DNA of 5,046 nucleotides from a virus (Duplodnaviria; Heunggongvirae; Uroviricota; Caudoviricetes): IMG/VR virus record IMGVR_UViG_2703718811_000010; one strand, 5' to 3'. Shown piece by piece: positions 4,299 to 5,046 of this stretch (position 1 is its first letter; each line of letters starts with the position of its first letter). The notes under the pieces were generated by a model. It saw only the letters and a program-made list of their open reading frames with translations, ran no database searches and was not told where the DNA came from. The position numbers and the translations under genes were made by a program.

Positions 4299-4489
4299 AC
4301 CAGGGCTCATCCTGAAAGGTTCTTTGGTTTATTTACGCTTGTGCGAAGCGCAGAAATGACAAAGACACCATTACGGTGCCTCTGCGTGAAACAATCTTCC
4401 TGACTTTATTCACTTGCATTTTGCCAGTTCGCAGGATTTCGTGTTATCCACCCGCGTGAGCAAACGTCATTTTTCAGCAAAATATTCTG

Positions 4490-5023
4490 CTACCTGTCGA
4501 TACCCCAGCATGCCAGCGCACTCTCCTGGTCGCGACGGGATACCTGACCGTAGCAATTATTTGAGCGGATACGGCAGTCCTGACCACCGTCATATATCCA
4601 GCGACGAATTTCAGCACATGCGCCTTTACGGTCTCCGGCGTTCAGTTTCCGGTAAAACGTTGAGCTGAAACACTTTCCGGGGCCAATGTTGTACGGACAG
4701 AATGACGCGATCCCCGCTTTCTGGGGTTCCGTCAGTGGCACTTTGATGTTTTTCTCCACCCATGCCAGCGCCTTATCACGTTCAATGGCGTTAACCTGGT
4801 CGCATTTCTCCTTCGACAACTTCATGCCCGGGACGACAGGTTTACTATCCACCAGAATGGCACCGCGACAGATGGTCCAGATACCCGCACCATCACGGTA
4901 TGCCGTGGTGTGGTTGCCTTCTTTTTCATCCAGAAACTGGTCGAGGATTTCAGGCGCAGGCGCACCTGCGGCAATCAGCGCCAGAACGGCAGCCGACAGG
5001 CCGTATTTGATTTTGGTGCTCAT
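4490..5023 (-). CDS. R: Endolysin, T4-lysozyme-like (GH24) with an N-terminal SAR (signal-anchor-release) domain
   Basis: 177-aa product with a weakly hydrophobic Gly/Ala-rich N-terminal segment (YGLSAAVLALIAAGAPAP) followed by E-x8-D-x5-T (EGNHTTAYRDGAGIWT), the catalytic Glu/Asp/Thr spacing of T4-type lysozymes, and overall resemblance to P21 R21 / DLP12 RrrD-type SAR endolysins. Stop TAG at 4490-4492. Confidence 0.93.
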   Translation of the reverse strand: MSTKIKYGLSAAVLALIAAGAPAPEILDQFLDEKEGNHTTAYRDGAGIWTICRGAILVDSKPVVPGMKLSKEKCDQVNAIERDKALAWVEKNIKVPLTEPQKAGIASFCPYNIGPGKCFSSTFYRKLNAGDRKGACAEIRRWIYDGGQDCRIRSNNCYGQVSRRDQESALACWGIDR

Positions 5024-5046
5024 GGATATTTATCAGGATTTATCGG

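Noticed and set aside
4414-4668. 84-aa plus-strand ORF
   Set aside because: Antisense to the endolysin 3' end and leader; no supporting signals.
5024-5046. Possible 3' end of a holin gene upstream of the endolysin
   Set aside because: Only about 23 nt are in the window, insufficient to call a gene; noted as likely but not annotated.
1-5046. tRNA, rRNA, CRISPR array, or insertion sequence with terminal inverted repeats
   Set aside because: No cloverleaf-compatible segment, no repeat-spacer array and no transposase-like ORF seen; the deletion junction shows no IS remnant.

Overview
This window reads as a segment of a lambda-like (lambdoid) prophage with all phage genes on the minus strand, and it appears defective. 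In minus-strand order (high to low coordinates): a SAR-type endolysin (4490-5023), a 273-bp non-coding gap, an antirepressor-like gene (3647-4216), a tightly coupled 49-codon membrane-peptide ORF (3498-3647), the nested spanin pair Rz/Rz1 (3023-3490; 3085-3270), an AT-rich accessory island of about 1.4 kb (about 1581-3022), a lambda-like cos site (cosN 1548-1559) with cosB-like repeats, a Nu1-like small terminase lacking its C-terminus (909-1331), a tail assembly protein I homolog lacking its N-terminus (364-912), a 237-bp I-J spacer, and the first 42 codons of tail protein J (1-126). Nu1 and I homology abut at about 952/953, so the large terminase, head and most tail genes appear to be deleted. 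The accessory island carries everything I can find on the plus strand: a 53-aa ribbon-helix-helix-like gene (1756-1917) ending in five TGACAAC heptads, an (AAT)6 microsatellite, and two intrinsic terminators, one with a good sigma70 promoter but no ORF (candidate small RNA). The most promising candidates for something undescribed are the ant plus membrane-peptide insertion inside the lysis cassette with its leader motif cluster, and the plus-strand promoter/terminator modules. All homology statements come from recalled protein families and reading the sequence by eye; no database search was run.
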